In this document: positions 10,476 to 19,812 of the stretch, piece after piece | Layout: every line of letters begins with the position of its first letter | How positions within the stretch are numbered: position 1 is the first letter of the stretch | DNA from: an uncultured Eubacteriales bacterium | Lineage (GTDB): Bacteria > Bacillota > Clostridia > Oscillospirales > Acutalibacteraceae | Length of the DNA stretch: 64,000 nucleotides | Assembly: GCA_900314355.1 (NCBI GenBank) | Contig: OMUY01000094.1 | Location: 11,428-75,427 of the forward strand | Reading direction: 5' to 3' | The notes under the pieces: generated by a model | Databases searched by the model: none | What the model saw: only the letters and a program-made list of their open reading frames with translations | Told to the model about the DNA's origin: nothing | Made by a program: the position numbers and the translations under genes

Positions 10476-11687
10476 ATGTCTCGCAAACAAGAGTGTATTG
10501 CCATGCTTCTCGCCGGCGGCCAGGGTTCAAGACTGGGCATACTGACGAAAAATATGGCAAAGCCGGCAGTGCCTTACGGCGGAAAGTACAGGATTATAGA
10601 TTTTCCTTTGTCCAACTGCATAAACTCGGGTATCACGACGGTCGGCGTTTTGACTCAATATCAGCCGCTCGTTCTGAACGACTATATCGGCAACGGTTCC
10701 GCATGGGATCTTGACAGGGAAAACGGCGGTGTTCATGTGCTTTCTCCTTATCAGCAGATAAAGGGAACCGACTGGTACAGAGGAACGGCAAACTCCATAT
10801 ATCAGAACATCAATTTCATCGACAGGTACGACCCGGAATACGTAGCCGTCCTTTCGGGCGACCACATCTATAAAATGAATTATTCTAAAATGCTTGATTT
10901 CCACAAGGAGAAAGGCTCTGCCGTAACTATAGCCATGCTTGAAGTGCCGTGGGAAGAAGCTTCAAGATTCGGTCTTATGTTCACCGACGATGAAGGCAAA
11001 ATCACGGCATTTGAGGAAAAACCGAAAAACCCCAAATCAAACAAGGCTTCTATGGGCGTTTACATGTTCACATGGAAAAAGCTCAGAGAATACCTCATCA
11101 AAGACGAAAACAATCCCAACTCTTCAAACGATTTCGGAAAAGACGTAATACCTGCTATGCATGCGGCAGGCGAAAAAATGTACGCCTATAAATTTGACGG
11201 CTACTGGAAAGACGTCGGAACGAGAGGATCCCTGTGGGAGGCGAACTTAGACCTGCTCATACCGTCGTCAGGCCTCGACCTCGATGATCCGAACTGGAAA
11301 ATTTATTCAAACAATCCCGCCATTCCGCCCGCTTATATTTCGTCCGAAGGAAAAGTATCAAATTCAATAATTGCCGGCGGATGCGATATTGGCGGAGAGA
11401 CTGATTATTCTGTAATATTCTCAAACTGCGTCATAGAGCCCGGCGCTCAGATTAAATATTCAATCATAATGCCCGGAGCCGTCGTAAAATCTGGCGCTAA
11501 GGTGTTTTATTCCATGGTCGGTGAAAACGCGGTAATTGAATCGGGCGCCGTAGTGGGAAAAGATCCTCAGGAATGTGAAAAATGGGGCGTTACAACTGTG
11601 GGTCCTGAACTTACAATAGGCAAAAACGCCGTAATCGGCGAAGACCTTATGGTTGAAGAAGACGTAAAGGACGGTGAAAAATTATGA
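10476..11687 (+). CDS. glgC: Glucose-1-phosphate adenylyltransferase
   Basis: [45 protein letters not shown], plus a C-terminal left-handed beta-helix repeat region. SD GAAAGGA. Confidence 0.95.
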   Translation: MSRKQECIAMLLAGGQGSRLGILTKNMAKPAVPYGGKYRIIDFPLSNCINSGITTVGVLTQYQPLVLNDYIGNGSAWDLDRENGGVHVLSPYQQIKGTDWYRGTANSIYQNINFIDRYDPEYVAVLSGDHIYKMNYSKMLDFHKEKGSAVTIAMLEVPWEEASRFGLMFTDDEGKITAFEEKPKNPKSNKASMGVYMFTWKKLREYLIKDENNPNSSNDFGKDVIPAMHAAGEKMYAYKFDGYWKDVGTRGSLWEANLDLLIPSSGLDLDDPNWKIYSNNPAIPPAYISSEGKVSNSIIAGGCDIGGETDYSVIFSNCVIEPGAQIKYSIIMPGAVVKSGAKVFYSMVGENAVIESGAVVGKDPQECEKWGVTTVGPELTIGKNAVIGEDLMVEEDVKDGEKL

Positions 11688-12796
11688 TTTCAAGAAGCTG
11701 TCTCGGAATTATTTTTTCCGATAGCTATTCAAACGCCATGCCGGAGCTGACATCGCTCAGAACAATGGGCTCGGTACCGTTCGGCGGCAGATACAGATTT
11801 ATAGATTTCTCTCTTTCAAACCTTGTAAACGCCGGAATATCGAAAGTCGGCGTAATAACAAAATCAAATTACCGCTCTCTTATGGATCACCTCGGGACAG
11901 GCAGACCGTGGGATCTTTCGAGAAAAAACGACGGTCTTTTCTTCCTTCCTCCGTTCAATTCCACTCTCGGCACATACAACGGAAAATTAGAGGCGCTGAT
12001 TTTAGTCTCTGATTTCATCAACATGTCGAAAGAAGAATACGTTATAATCTTAGACTCTAATATCATCGGCAATATTGATTTTTCGGAGATAATAGATTAT
12101 CACAGAGAAAAAGGAGCCGACATAACTCACGCGTACCTTGAGGGAAATTACCCCGAAGGGGACATTCCGCACTTTGAAATAAACGGCGACGGAAGAATTA
12201 CTAAGATTACAATGCCCGGAATAGTTTACGAAGGATCAGGAAAATACGGCGTTTCAATTACATGTATGAAGAGGACTTTCCTGCAGAGGATTCTCAACAC
12301 GGCGAAAAGCGAAAACTACACGGATTTCAACAGAGATATCTTGCTTAAAGACGTTGACAAATTCAAAATATACGGCTACAAGATAAATAATTTCTGCACC
12401 GTAATAGATTCAATGGGAAAATATTACGACTCAAGCATGGATCTTCTTTCGTCCGACAAGAGAAAATCGCTGTTTGATTCCGACAGACCGATATATACAA
12501 AAATCTACGACGATATGCCGTCTACGTACGGAATAAATTCGTCTGTCACAAATTCGCTTATCGCCGACGGCTGCAAAATAGAAGGAGAAGTTAAAAACTC
12601 TATACTTTTCAGAGGCGTCAGAGTGGCGAAAGGCGCGAAGGTCACAAACTCCATAATAATGCACGGCAGCTACATATCAGAAGGGTCGAGCGCAAACGCC
12701 GTTATTATGGATAAATATTCGGTAATTTTGCCGCATAAGAATATATCCGGCGACAAGACATTCCCGATTTACATCGGCAAAAAACTCGTAGTCTGA
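11684..12796 (+). CDS. glgD: Glucose-1-phosphate adenylyltransferase, GlgD subunit
   Basis: ATGA start/stop overlap with glgC. GlgC paralogue ([24 protein letters not shown]) lacking the GGxGxRL motif, as in Firmicute GlgD. Confidence 0.9.
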   Translation: MISRSCLGIIFSDSYSNAMPELTSLRTMGSVPFGGRYRFIDFSLSNLVNAGISKVGVITKSNYRSLMDHLGTGRPWDLSRKNDGLFFLPPFNSTLGTYNGKLEALILVSDFINMSKEEYVIILDSNIIGNIDFSEIIDYHREKGADITHAYLEGNYPEGDIPHFEINGDGRITKITMPGIVYEGSGKYGVSITCMKRTFLQRILNTAKSENYTDFNRDILLKDVDKFKIYGYKINNFCTVIDSMGKYYDSSMDLLSSDKRKSLFDSDRPIYTKIYDDMPSTYGINSSVTNSLIADGCKIEGEVKNSILFRGVRVAKGAKVTNSIIMHGSYISEGSSANAVIMDKYSVILPHKNISGDKTFPIYIGKKLVV

Positions 12797-12935
12797 TTTC
12801 AGCGTCATTGTTTCAAATCAACGCATATTTCAAAACTTAATTATTTTCCGGCAAGAGCAAAAAATCCTTGATTTATCAAAATCATTGTGATATTATATTA
12901 GTCTGTAAATATATCTCAGGGGGAGGTGCAGTCCG

Positions 12936-13199
12936 ATGCCAAATATTAAATCCGCAAAAAAGCGTGTTCTTGTAAACGAGAAAAAGCGTGCCATCAACAA
13001 AGCCGCCAATTCCGCACTCAAGACGGCAATTAAAAAAGCTGACGCAGCTATTGAAGACAACTCGGAAAACAAAGCTGAAGCAGTTAAAGCAGCTATAAAG
13101 AAGATCGATCAGGCTCAGGCCAAGGGACTTCTTCACAAAAACAACGCCGCTCACAAAAAATCAGCTCTTGCTATTAAACTCAACAAATCAAACGCTTAA
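12936..13199 (+). CDS. rpsT: 30S ribosomal protein S20
   Basis: [23 protein letters not shown]..., 87 aa, strong SD GGGGGAGGTG. Confidence 0.95.
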   Translation: MPNIKSAKKRVLVNEKKRAINKAANSALKTAIKKADAAIEDNSENKAEAVKAAIKKIDQAQAKGLLHKNNAAHKKSALAIKLNKSNA

Positions 13200-13226
13200 T
13201 TTTTCAGAAAAAAGGAACGATCAGAT

Positions 13227-13403
13227 ATGAAAAAGTTTTGCAAAGCGCTCGCCATTATCGCTGTTATTGCAGGCGCGGTTGCCGCTTGTTATTACGCGTG
13301 CAAGAAATACTTTGAGAAAAAAGCCGCTGAAGGCAACACAGAACAGAACTACGTTTCATGCTCCTGCGAGACAGAGGATTTCAAGCAGCAGACAGTCGCT
13401 TAA
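13227..13403 (+). CDS. Small (58 aa) single-pass membrane protein, unannotated in track (<60 aa)
   Basis: Own translation: MKKFCKALAIIAVIAGAVAACYYACKKYFEKKAAEGNTEQNYVSCSCETEDFKQQTVA. AAGGAA SD 9 nt upstream. It lies 27 nt after rpsT and is followed by a terminator. Confidence 0.5.
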   Translation: MKKFCKALAIIAVIAGAVAACYYACKKYFEKKAAEGNTEQNYVSCSCETEDFKQQTVA

Positions 13404-13469
13404 TGTTCTTTGAGTTTTTACCTGCAAAGGTTTATCTTTAAAGAAATTTAGGGCAAGATTTAAATAATT

Positions 13470-13505
13470 AACCTGAGCTGATATTATCGGCTTAGGTTTT
13501 ATTTA
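13470..13505 (+). terminator. Rho-independent terminator after rpsT/small ORF
   Basis: aacctgagc (13470-13478) pairs with gcttaggtt (13490-13498), with one G-U pair, followed by ttatttatgtttt. Confidence 0.6.
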
Positions 13506-13935
13506 TGTTTTATTATTAATATACCCTGTTTTTGTCGGAAATACCATGTCGCGTGGTTTTTCAAAAAATTTACCGCCTGACAAAGCAAATAACAACATTA
13601 AGCCGGACATTTACTTTACCGTGAAGGACAACATTTTTCGCCGCACAAAAATAACCGACTGATATGTATGACGAAGAGAACAAAGCCGAATTGTACAATA
13701 AATCTTTGCCGCTGCTTCAAAAAACGCCTCCGATCATTTAGTACAATAGCCTCCTGCTTGCAATACCGCAAAAATGAAAACTGAAATTTGTCGGCTTATG
13801 CCATGCAAAAAAACTCCGGCTTTTTCTGTGATAAATAAACCGAAAATACACCGTGCAATAAAATAAAAAGCGTGATGAATGAAGCGGAAACGCCGATTTT
13901 CATCATCGGAAGTAATTGCCTTTGTTTTGCCATAC

Positions 13936-13961
13936 AAAAAACCGCCGGCCTTAGCCGACGG
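13936..13961 (-). terminator. Terminator of the 13977-15893 gene
   Basis: GC-rich stem ccgccggc/gccgacgg (one mismatch) with the A6 run 13936-13941 giving a minus-strand U-tail. It lies 16 nt after the stop. Confidence 0.55.
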
Positions 13962-13976
13962 CTGTTATCTTGTTTT

Positions 13977-15893
13977 TTAACTTGCGCTCTGCTGAGATTC
14001 GAGATTTCTCTTTATAAGTCTCATCGAAGAATTTACTATTCTCGAGCAGAGATAACTGTTTCTTTTTATATCGTCGCTTGAATATTTCTTCTCGAAATTT
14101 TCGGTCCATTCGGAATAATCACTCTCGGAAAGTTTGGACTGAATTGTCTCATACCAAGCGGGATGCTTGTGTCCGCCTACATAGTACATTACGTGATAGC
14201 CGAACTGAGTCTGAATAATTCCGGTATCTCCTACGGGTCTCTGACCGTTGTCGGTAGCCGTTCCGGCATATGCGCCCTTGCTGAATACCCAATCTTCAAA
14301 AGTTGAGACATAAGTTCCGTCGTCTTTCATGTCGGAGATGAGGCCGCCGCCTGCCGTAGTTTCCTCTGATGAAGAGGTCGTGGTAGAACTTGATTTTACA
14401 GAACCCTTGTCGTCCGAATATTTATCGGCAAGCTCTGCAAAATAATCTTCGTCGTACGCCGAACCCTCTTCTTCAACGTGTGACTCGTATTCATCGTAAA
14501 TCGACTGAGCCTCGCTGCTCGCTTTCTCCTGAAGTTTGGGATTTACTGTCGTCTCTTCATCTGTCGCAGATTCGGAAGCGCTGCTGTCCTCGCCCAAAAC
14601 AGCCTCTGAAGCTGTCTCGACGCTTACAGACGAAGAAGATGATGACGATTCCGACTCGTCCTCCGTTGTGGATCTCAGTATATGTCTTACAGAAGCGGGA
14701 ATTGTTTTATCGGCATAAGGAGTCTTTACAATAAAGAGAATATACGAAATGCCCTTGCTGTTTTGATATGTCGCAATATCGCCTGTCTTGCGGACATAAG
14801 ACGATTTGTTTGAATTGTCCTTGGGGTTTGATTTTTCAAATACCCAGTTTGCAGCGTCTTCCGAAACATTTGACTCTACAACGCTCTTGCTTGTTTTTTC
14901 AAGAAGAGACGCGCCGTCCTGACTGAAAGTTTTGTACTCGTCGGAGCCTTTTTCAAGTGAATTTAAAATCTCCTTCTTGAATGCTTCTTCTGTGCTGCCG
15001 GCAGCCTTGACGTCAGATACAAATTTTTCGGCCTCTGTTTTAGACTGAGCCTTCTGCTCGTCTGTCAAAGTCGATGTGCTGTCAGACGAAGATGAAGAGC
15101 TGTCAGCTGACGTGTCGAAGTAGAACATACGAAGATCCGCGACGTCATAAGCGGTCGTGTCCTTGTTGTACTCAGCCATAACCTTCGATTCTGGTACGGC
15201 GTCCTTAAGTTCCTGCTGTTTTACGGTCTTGAATCTCTCGGCGTATTTCTGTTCTGTGAGAACCTGAGTGAAAATCTTCTCGTTTACGCCGTCGCCGTAA
15301 AGCTTTGAAAGATATCTTGAAACGGAGTAGTTGCCTGCGTATGACTTTATCTGATCGAGAGACGACTGTATATCTTCCTCGTCTTCAGATGTAAGCTTAA
15401 CGCCCTCTTTTACCGCCTCTTTGTAATATCTCTTTGTCTCCGCCATCTCGTTTATCGCGAGATCAAGCAAATGATCTGACCAGTAAACCTGATTGCCGCC
15501 CTCTGAAGACGTCTCCTCCTCCGTCTTGTTCGTTCCGAGAAGAGCAGAAAGGTAGTTTCCGCTTCCGGAAGACGGATTTGAAACCTGTTCATCGGGCATT
15601 TTCGTGTAATCAAATCCGAAAAGAGAGAGACCTGTTCCCTCGCCGTAGTTTGAATCCATCTGCTGCGCCTGATTGTAATAGTAGTTGTATTCCATCATGT
15701 AGTAGCATTTGAGTTCGCCGTATTTATACGACTCGCCGTCTATCTTGACAGGATAGAAGAAGTTTTGAACTGCTCCAGCCCACAAAAGGATTCCGAAAAG
15801 GATGCAAAGGCAAAGAATGACAGCTACGATAGCCTTGATTACTTTTGCAGCCGAATGTTTTTTCTTAGTTCCGCTTTTTTCTGCCATAACCAA
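13977..15893 (-). CDS. Membrane-anchored PpiC/parvulin-type peptidyl-prolyl isomerase (PrsA/SurA-like foldase) with Ser/Asp/Glu-rich inserts
   Basis: N-terminal TM helix (VIKAIVAVILCLCILFGILLWAG). Parvulin hallmarks SVRHIL... and ...TQFGYHVMYYVGG are separated by a low-complexity insert. The track start is TTG at 15893; an in-frame ATG at 15887 is an alternative. Confidence 0.7.
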   Translation of the reverse strand: MVMAEKSGTKKKHSAAKVIKAIVAVILCLCILFGILLWAGAVQNFFYPVKIDGESYKYGELKCYYMMEYNYYYNQAQQMDSNYGEGTGLSLFGFDYTKMPDEQVSNPSSGSGNYLSALLGTNKTEEETSSEGGNQVYWSDHLLDLAINEMAETKRYYKEAVKEGVKLTSEDEEDIQSSLDQIKSYAGNYSVSRYLSKLYGDGVNEKIFTQVLTEQKYAERFKTVKQQELKDAVPESKVMAEYNKDTTAYDVADLRMFYFDTSADSSSSSSDSTSTLTDEQKAQSKTEAEKFVSDVKAAGSTEEAFKKEILNSLEKGSDEYKTFSQDGASLLEKTSKSVVESNVSEDAANWVFEKSNPKDNSNKSSYVRKTGDIATYQNSKGISYILFIVKTPYADKTIPASVRHILRSTTEDESESSSSSSSVSVETASEAVLGEDSSASESATDEETTVNPKLQEKASSEAQSIYDEYESHVEEEGSAYDEDYFAELADKYSDDKGSVKSSSTTTSSSEETTAGGGLISDMKDDGTYVSTFEDWVFSKGAYAGTATDNGQRPVGDTGIIQTQFGYHVMYYVGGHKHPAWYETIQSKLSESDYSEWTENFEKKYSSDDIKRNSYLCSRIVNSSMRLIKRNLESQQSAS

Positions 15894-16005
15894 AAAGACC
15901 TCTCAGTAAAAAATTAAATTTGTTTTACCGATGCGCCGAAAATTCAAAGCGCAATAAAATCATCTGCCGAAAGACAAAAACCTTTAAACAGACGTCAACT
16001 AATAT

Positions 16006-16034
16006 ATTTTAATACAAAAAATATATATTTACAA
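16006..16034 (-). promoter_or_regulatory. Candidate sigma-A promoter for the 13977-15893 gene
   Basis: On the minus strand: TTGTAA (16034-16029), 17 nt, TAAAAT (16011-16006). Confidence 0.4.
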
Positions 16035-16067
16035 GTACCAATTTTATTTTTGTAAAATAATAATTTC

Positions 16068-16098
16068 GGTCCGGATAATTTTTTTGAATATCCGGACC
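16068..16098 (-). terminator. Terminator of the 16112-17866 gene
   Basis: Perfect 10-bp stem ggtccggata (16068-16077) / tatccggacc (16089-16098), immediately after the stop, followed by a T-rich tail on the minus strand. Confidence 0.6.
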
Positions 16099-16111
16099 CA
16101 AAACGTTGTAT

Positions 16112-17866
16112 TTATGAATTGCTGCTGCTCTTTGTTAAAATCTTGTTTGCGTAATCAACAGCCTTTTCGATTGCGTCGTTGTCAACTGTAATCTTATTCT
16201 GATAAGACTCGGTGAAATCAGACTGCCAGTCCTCGTAATCGTTTTGAATCATGGCGTCGGATATAGTCTGTTTCCACGCGTTCATAGATGAAAGGCTCTC
16301 GACGTAAATTACATAAGCTCCCGACGACGTGTCAATTACTGTGCAGTCGCCTTCTTTTCTGCCGCTTTCCGCAAGCCAGCTTCTGACGCTGTAATCAATA
16401 TCGGACGTCGATTTTGACACTTTTTCCATTGTATTTGTCGTGACGTTTGAAGCGCTGAATTTCTTTACGGCGGCGTCAAATTTCGATTCGTCCGCTTTTG
16501 AACCGGAAATTGATTTTATATATTCGCTGTAAATTTCTTCCGCGGTATTCTGAGCCTTGTTCAGAAGCTCGTCTTCCGACAATATTTTAGACTGTTCCGG
16601 AGATACAAATACGTATTTTATTGTGGCGGGCTTTGAATCGTCCCTTGACGGAGTATTGTTCACATACACTAGATATGTTCCGCCGTTTACGTCAAACGCT
16701 TTCATGCTGCCGGCTTTGGTCGTATATTTTCCGTCGCTCTGCGCGAATAGCCATTTAGTAATCTGTTCTGAAAATTCCGTGTTCAACGTGTCATAAGTAT
16801 ATCCGGAGAGGTTTTTCGCGGTGCTTTCGCCTTTAGTCACGGAATTGCACGCCTGGACAAATGAAGTTCCGCCTTTGACAGCCGTCTGAATTGCCTGAGA
16901 CTGTTTTTCGGCATTGTCGCCCGAAAGCGAAACGTAATACGCGTCTGAAAGATCGTATTTAGTCGTGTCTTTATTGTATTCTTTCGTTATCTTGTCGTCG
17001 TTTTTGCCGTTTTCGTAAGACGCGCGCAGATCGTCATAAATTTTTGTCTGATACAAATTCGCGAGCTCCTGTTTTTCAACGAATGCGTAATACATATCGA
17101 GAGTGGCGGATTTTCCGTAAATGTCGGCTATGACATCCTCGGCCGGCTTTGACTGGCTCTCCGCCTCTTTGGAAAGGTTCTCCTTCATCTGCGTCATTTC
17201 CTCAAGAGCTTCGCCGCTCAGTTCGAGCTTGTCGGCAACCGCGTTTTTGTAGCAGGCGTTGTTAAATTCAAGCTGCTGAATAATATTTTTCTTCAGGTCG
17301 TCGTCAGACACGCTTTGACCGTAGTAAGAATACTGCTGCTTATAGTATGTAAAATACTGTACAAATTCGTACGCCGACGAGTCTACGCCGTCTACGGAAA
17401 GGACTGTATCGGACAAATCTGTTTTGCTGCGCTGGAAAATAAGAGCGCCGATTACAACTATCAATGCAAGAAGGATAACAAAAACAGAGGCTATAAGTCC
17501 TTTTTTTGCTTTCTTTTTCGGCTTGCCTTTATCAGACTTTTCAGAATTATCAGATTTGCTTTCATCCGTTACGGCTTCATTTCCCTTTTCGGAGCCGTCC
17601 GATAAATCTTTCACGCCGTCTTCATCTTTGCCGCCGTCTTCTTTTAATTCTTCTTCATTCCCGCCGTCCGCGCTTTTTTCACTTTCGGACGAAGACATAA
17701 ACTGCTCATATGTCATTGACGACATATCCGCTGTCTCTTCGCCATCTTGAGCTTTCTCCTGAACTTTGCTGCCTTCATCTGCGCCGCCGACTGCGGTGTT
17801 TTCGTTTTCATCGTTGTTTTCCGGCGACATATTTTCATTCTCGGAATTTAATTTTTCGTCGTCCAT
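16112..17866 (-). CDS. Membrane-anchored PrsA/SurA-like foldase paralogue with acidic N-terminal tail (parvulin domain degenerate)
   Basis: 584 aa. AGGAGG SD 6 nt upstream of ATG. About 120-aa D/E/K/S-rich cytoplasmic tail, then TM helix GLIASVFVILLALIVVIGALIF. It shares the EYNKDTTxYD block and overall layout with the downstream 638-aa protein. Confidence 0.65.
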   Translation of the reverse strand: MDDEKLNSENENMSPENNDENENTAVGGADEGSKVQEKAQDGEETADMSSMTYEQFMSSSESEKSADGGNEEELKEDGGKDEDGVKDLSDGSEKGNEAVTDESKSDNSEKSDKGKPKKKAKKGLIASVFVILLALIVVIGALIFQRSKTDLSDTVLSVDGVDSSAYEFVQYFTYYKQQYSYYGQSVSDDDLKKNIIQQLEFNNACYKNAVADKLELSGEALEEMTQMKENLSKEAESQSKPAEDVIADIYGKSATLDMYYAFVEKQELANLYQTKIYDDLRASYENGKNDDKITKEYNKDTTKYDLSDAYYVSLSGDNAEKQSQAIQTAVKGGTSFVQACNSVTKGESTAKNLSGYTYDTLNTEFSEQITKWLFAQSDGKYTTKAGSMKAFDVNGGTYLVYVNNTPSRDDSKPATIKYVFVSPEQSKILSEDELLNKAQNTAEEIYSEYIKSISGSKADESKFDAAVKKFSASNVTTNTMEKVSKSTSDIDYSVRSWLAESGRKEGDCTVIDTSSGAYVIYVESLSSMNAWKQTISDAMIQNDYEDWQSDFTESYQNKITVDNDAIEKAVDYANKILTKSSSNS

Positions 17867-17983
17867 TTTGTTCCTCCTGAAATTTAGGCGGTCAAAGACC
17901 GCAGTCCCGAAAGGACTGTTTTTGTTTCTGAAATTTTATTATATAATATATTTTGAATTATTTCAATATAATTAAAAACGAGA

Positions 17984-18580
17984 TTAATTTATCCGGTCGT
18001 ATTCGTTTAAAATTATTCCGTTTTTAGAACATGTTTTAATCTTCTCGTAAAGTTTTTCGGTTGCCTCGGCGTCCGCCTGCGCCCGGTGATGAACTTTTGT
18101 CTCGATGCCGAGCACGTCAGTCAGATGACAAAGACTTCTCGACGAAAATTTAAAAAGGTCCTTGTGCTGTCTGAGATATTTCAAAGTGTCAAACACCGAT
18201 GAATTGAAATAAAGGCTTGTTCTGTAAGCGTTGTAGCCGATTATAGGGCAGTCGAACGACACGATATTGTGACCTATCAGGATTTTGTCACCGATAAAAT
18301 CCCTGAATTTTTCGAGCGTTTCCTTTAAGTCTCCGCCGTATTTTTCTATTTCCTCCGTAGTAATGCCGGTAAGAGCCGTTATCTCGGCAGGAACGGGGTT
18401 CAGATTATTGATTAGTTCAGAAAAATAACCGACTTCACTGCCGTTTTCCACCTTTACCGCGCCTATTTCGAGTATCTGCGAATTTCTCCTGAGACCTGTA
18501 GTTTCTATATCGAAGGAAACATAGCTGTCAAAGCATGGCTCGTCTATTTCGGTAATGTCAAAAGAATTTTGGCCGTTCAT
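17984..18580 (-). CDS. DEDDh 3'-5' exonuclease (DnaQ/PolIII epsilon-like)
   Basis: Exo motifs FDIETTGL, GHNIVSFD and HRAQADAEAT. Confidence 0.85.
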   Translation of the reverse strand: MNGQNSFDITEIDEPCFDSYVSFDIETTGLRRNSQILEIGAVKVENGSEVGYFSELINNLNPVPAEITALTGITTEEIEKYGGDLKETLEKFRDFIGDKILIGHNIVSFDCPIIGYNAYRTSLYFNSSVFDTLKYLRQHKDLFKFSSRSLCHLTDVLGIETKVHHRAQADAEATEKLYEKIKTCSKNGIILNEYDRIN

Positions 18581-18605
18581 TTCCTTCGCACCTTCTTTTT
18601 CAAAT

Positions 18606-19052
18606 TCAGATAAAAATTTCGCTGTTCAGTTTCTTTTTTAAAATCATCTGAACGGATTCGTATTGTCCTCTTTTTATGCCGAGTATTTTGTCAAGCTCGT
18701 CGGCAGGCTTTGATTTCATTGATTTTCCGCCGTGGGTGAAAAGATAATCTGCCGAATTGATATTGTCTTTTTCCGTCTCCGCGAATTTCTTCATCGGAAG
18801 GCTGACCTTTCCCGCCCATATCGGAGAACACAAGATGAAACGGTCATACTCCTTAATATCTTTTTCATAAGGCATTAATATCATCTCTCTGCCCAATACG
18901 GTCATTTTTCCGGCTTTCATAAACCCCTGAGGGCCGAACACGTCTTCTATAGTGTCAATCTGAAGGAAGTCGGCGCCGATTTCTTCCGCCTTTTCAAGCG
19001 CGGCTTTTTCGGTATTTCCCGACCTCGAATAATATACTACAAGCGTTTTCAT
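18606..19052 (-). CDS. Flavodoxin family protein
   Basis: MKTLVVYYSRSGNTEKAA N-terminal FMN-phosphate loop; 148 aa. Confidence 0.75.
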   Translation of the reverse strand: MKTLVVYYSRSGNTEKAALEKAEEIGADFLQIDTIEDVFGPQGFMKAGKMTVLGREMILMPYEKDIKEYDRFILCSPIWAGKVSLPMKKFAETEKDNINSADYLFTHGGKSMKSKPADELDKILGIKRGQYESVQMILKKKLNSEIFI

Positions 19053-19272
19053 TTAAACTCAACTCTTCTGTGTTTTTTATTAATATTATTATTTCTGTTT
19101 TTGCGTACCCGCTTCAATTACTTTAAGATTATAATTTATAACCCGCCGTTCAGCAACGTTTGCGCTTTCAATATGTTTGCTTTTAGATCGGCGATATTGT
19201 ATTATTATTATAACGCCGCAGCTTGAATTATATCAAAAAAAATAAAATTATCAACACGGTAAATATAAAGTT

Positions 19273-19743
19273 ATGGAAATATTTGAACAAAGAATAATTT
19301 CTCCGTCGGACGTCTTTTTTATTAAAGACTGTGAAAAATACTGCGCCGGGTGCGAAAAATACAACAAAACATGGTCCTGCCCGCCTGCCGCGGACGTATC
19401 GGACGGAAAAATATTGACAGACTACAAAAAAGCTCTTCTTTTTTCTGTGAAATCATACAAAAACGATTTTAAAAAAACTTGGGCGGACGCGAGAGAGCTT
19501 ACTCTTGAACTCAGAAGCGAATATATGAAAAAATATAAAAGCGTCTTGGCTGTAGGATGCTCGGGCTGCACGGTATGCGAAAAATGCTCATATCCGGAAA
19601 AGGAATGTCTGTTCCCCGAAAAAATGCTGAGACCTATGGAATCTTACTCCGTCGACGTATTTAAGACGGCTGAAAAAGCAGGGTTGACAACATCATCCCG
19701 GGACGGAAATTACATATTTTTCGCGTCAATTTTCTTCGGCTGA
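19273..19743 (+). CDS. Cys-rich predicted metal-binding protein (DUF2284-like)
   Basis: 156 aa with CxxCxKY...WSCPP and GCSGCTVCEKCSYPEKEC clusters. Confidence 0.55.
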   Translation: MEIFEQRIISPSDVFFIKDCEKYCAGCEKYNKTWSCPPAADVSDGKILTDYKKALLFSVKSYKNDFKKTWADARELTLELRSEYMKKYKSVLAVGCSGCTVCEKCSYPEKECLFPEKMLRPMESYSVDVFKTAEKAGLTTSSRDGNYIFFASIFFG

Positions 19744-19812
19744 GAAAACTTCACTAAACAATATTTAAATGTTCATATTTCCCGCTCACGGCGTGTTAAA
19801 GGTGAAAAACAA

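Noticed and set aside
13734-13937. 67-aa TTG-started minus-strand ORF, and an overlapping 43-aa ATG ORF (MAKQRQLLPMMKIGVSASFITLFILLHGVFSVYLSQKKPEFFCMA)
   Set aside because: They start immediately after the foldase-gene terminator with no promoter space and no SD. The 43-aa ORF looks membrane-protein-like, but I cannot support its expression.
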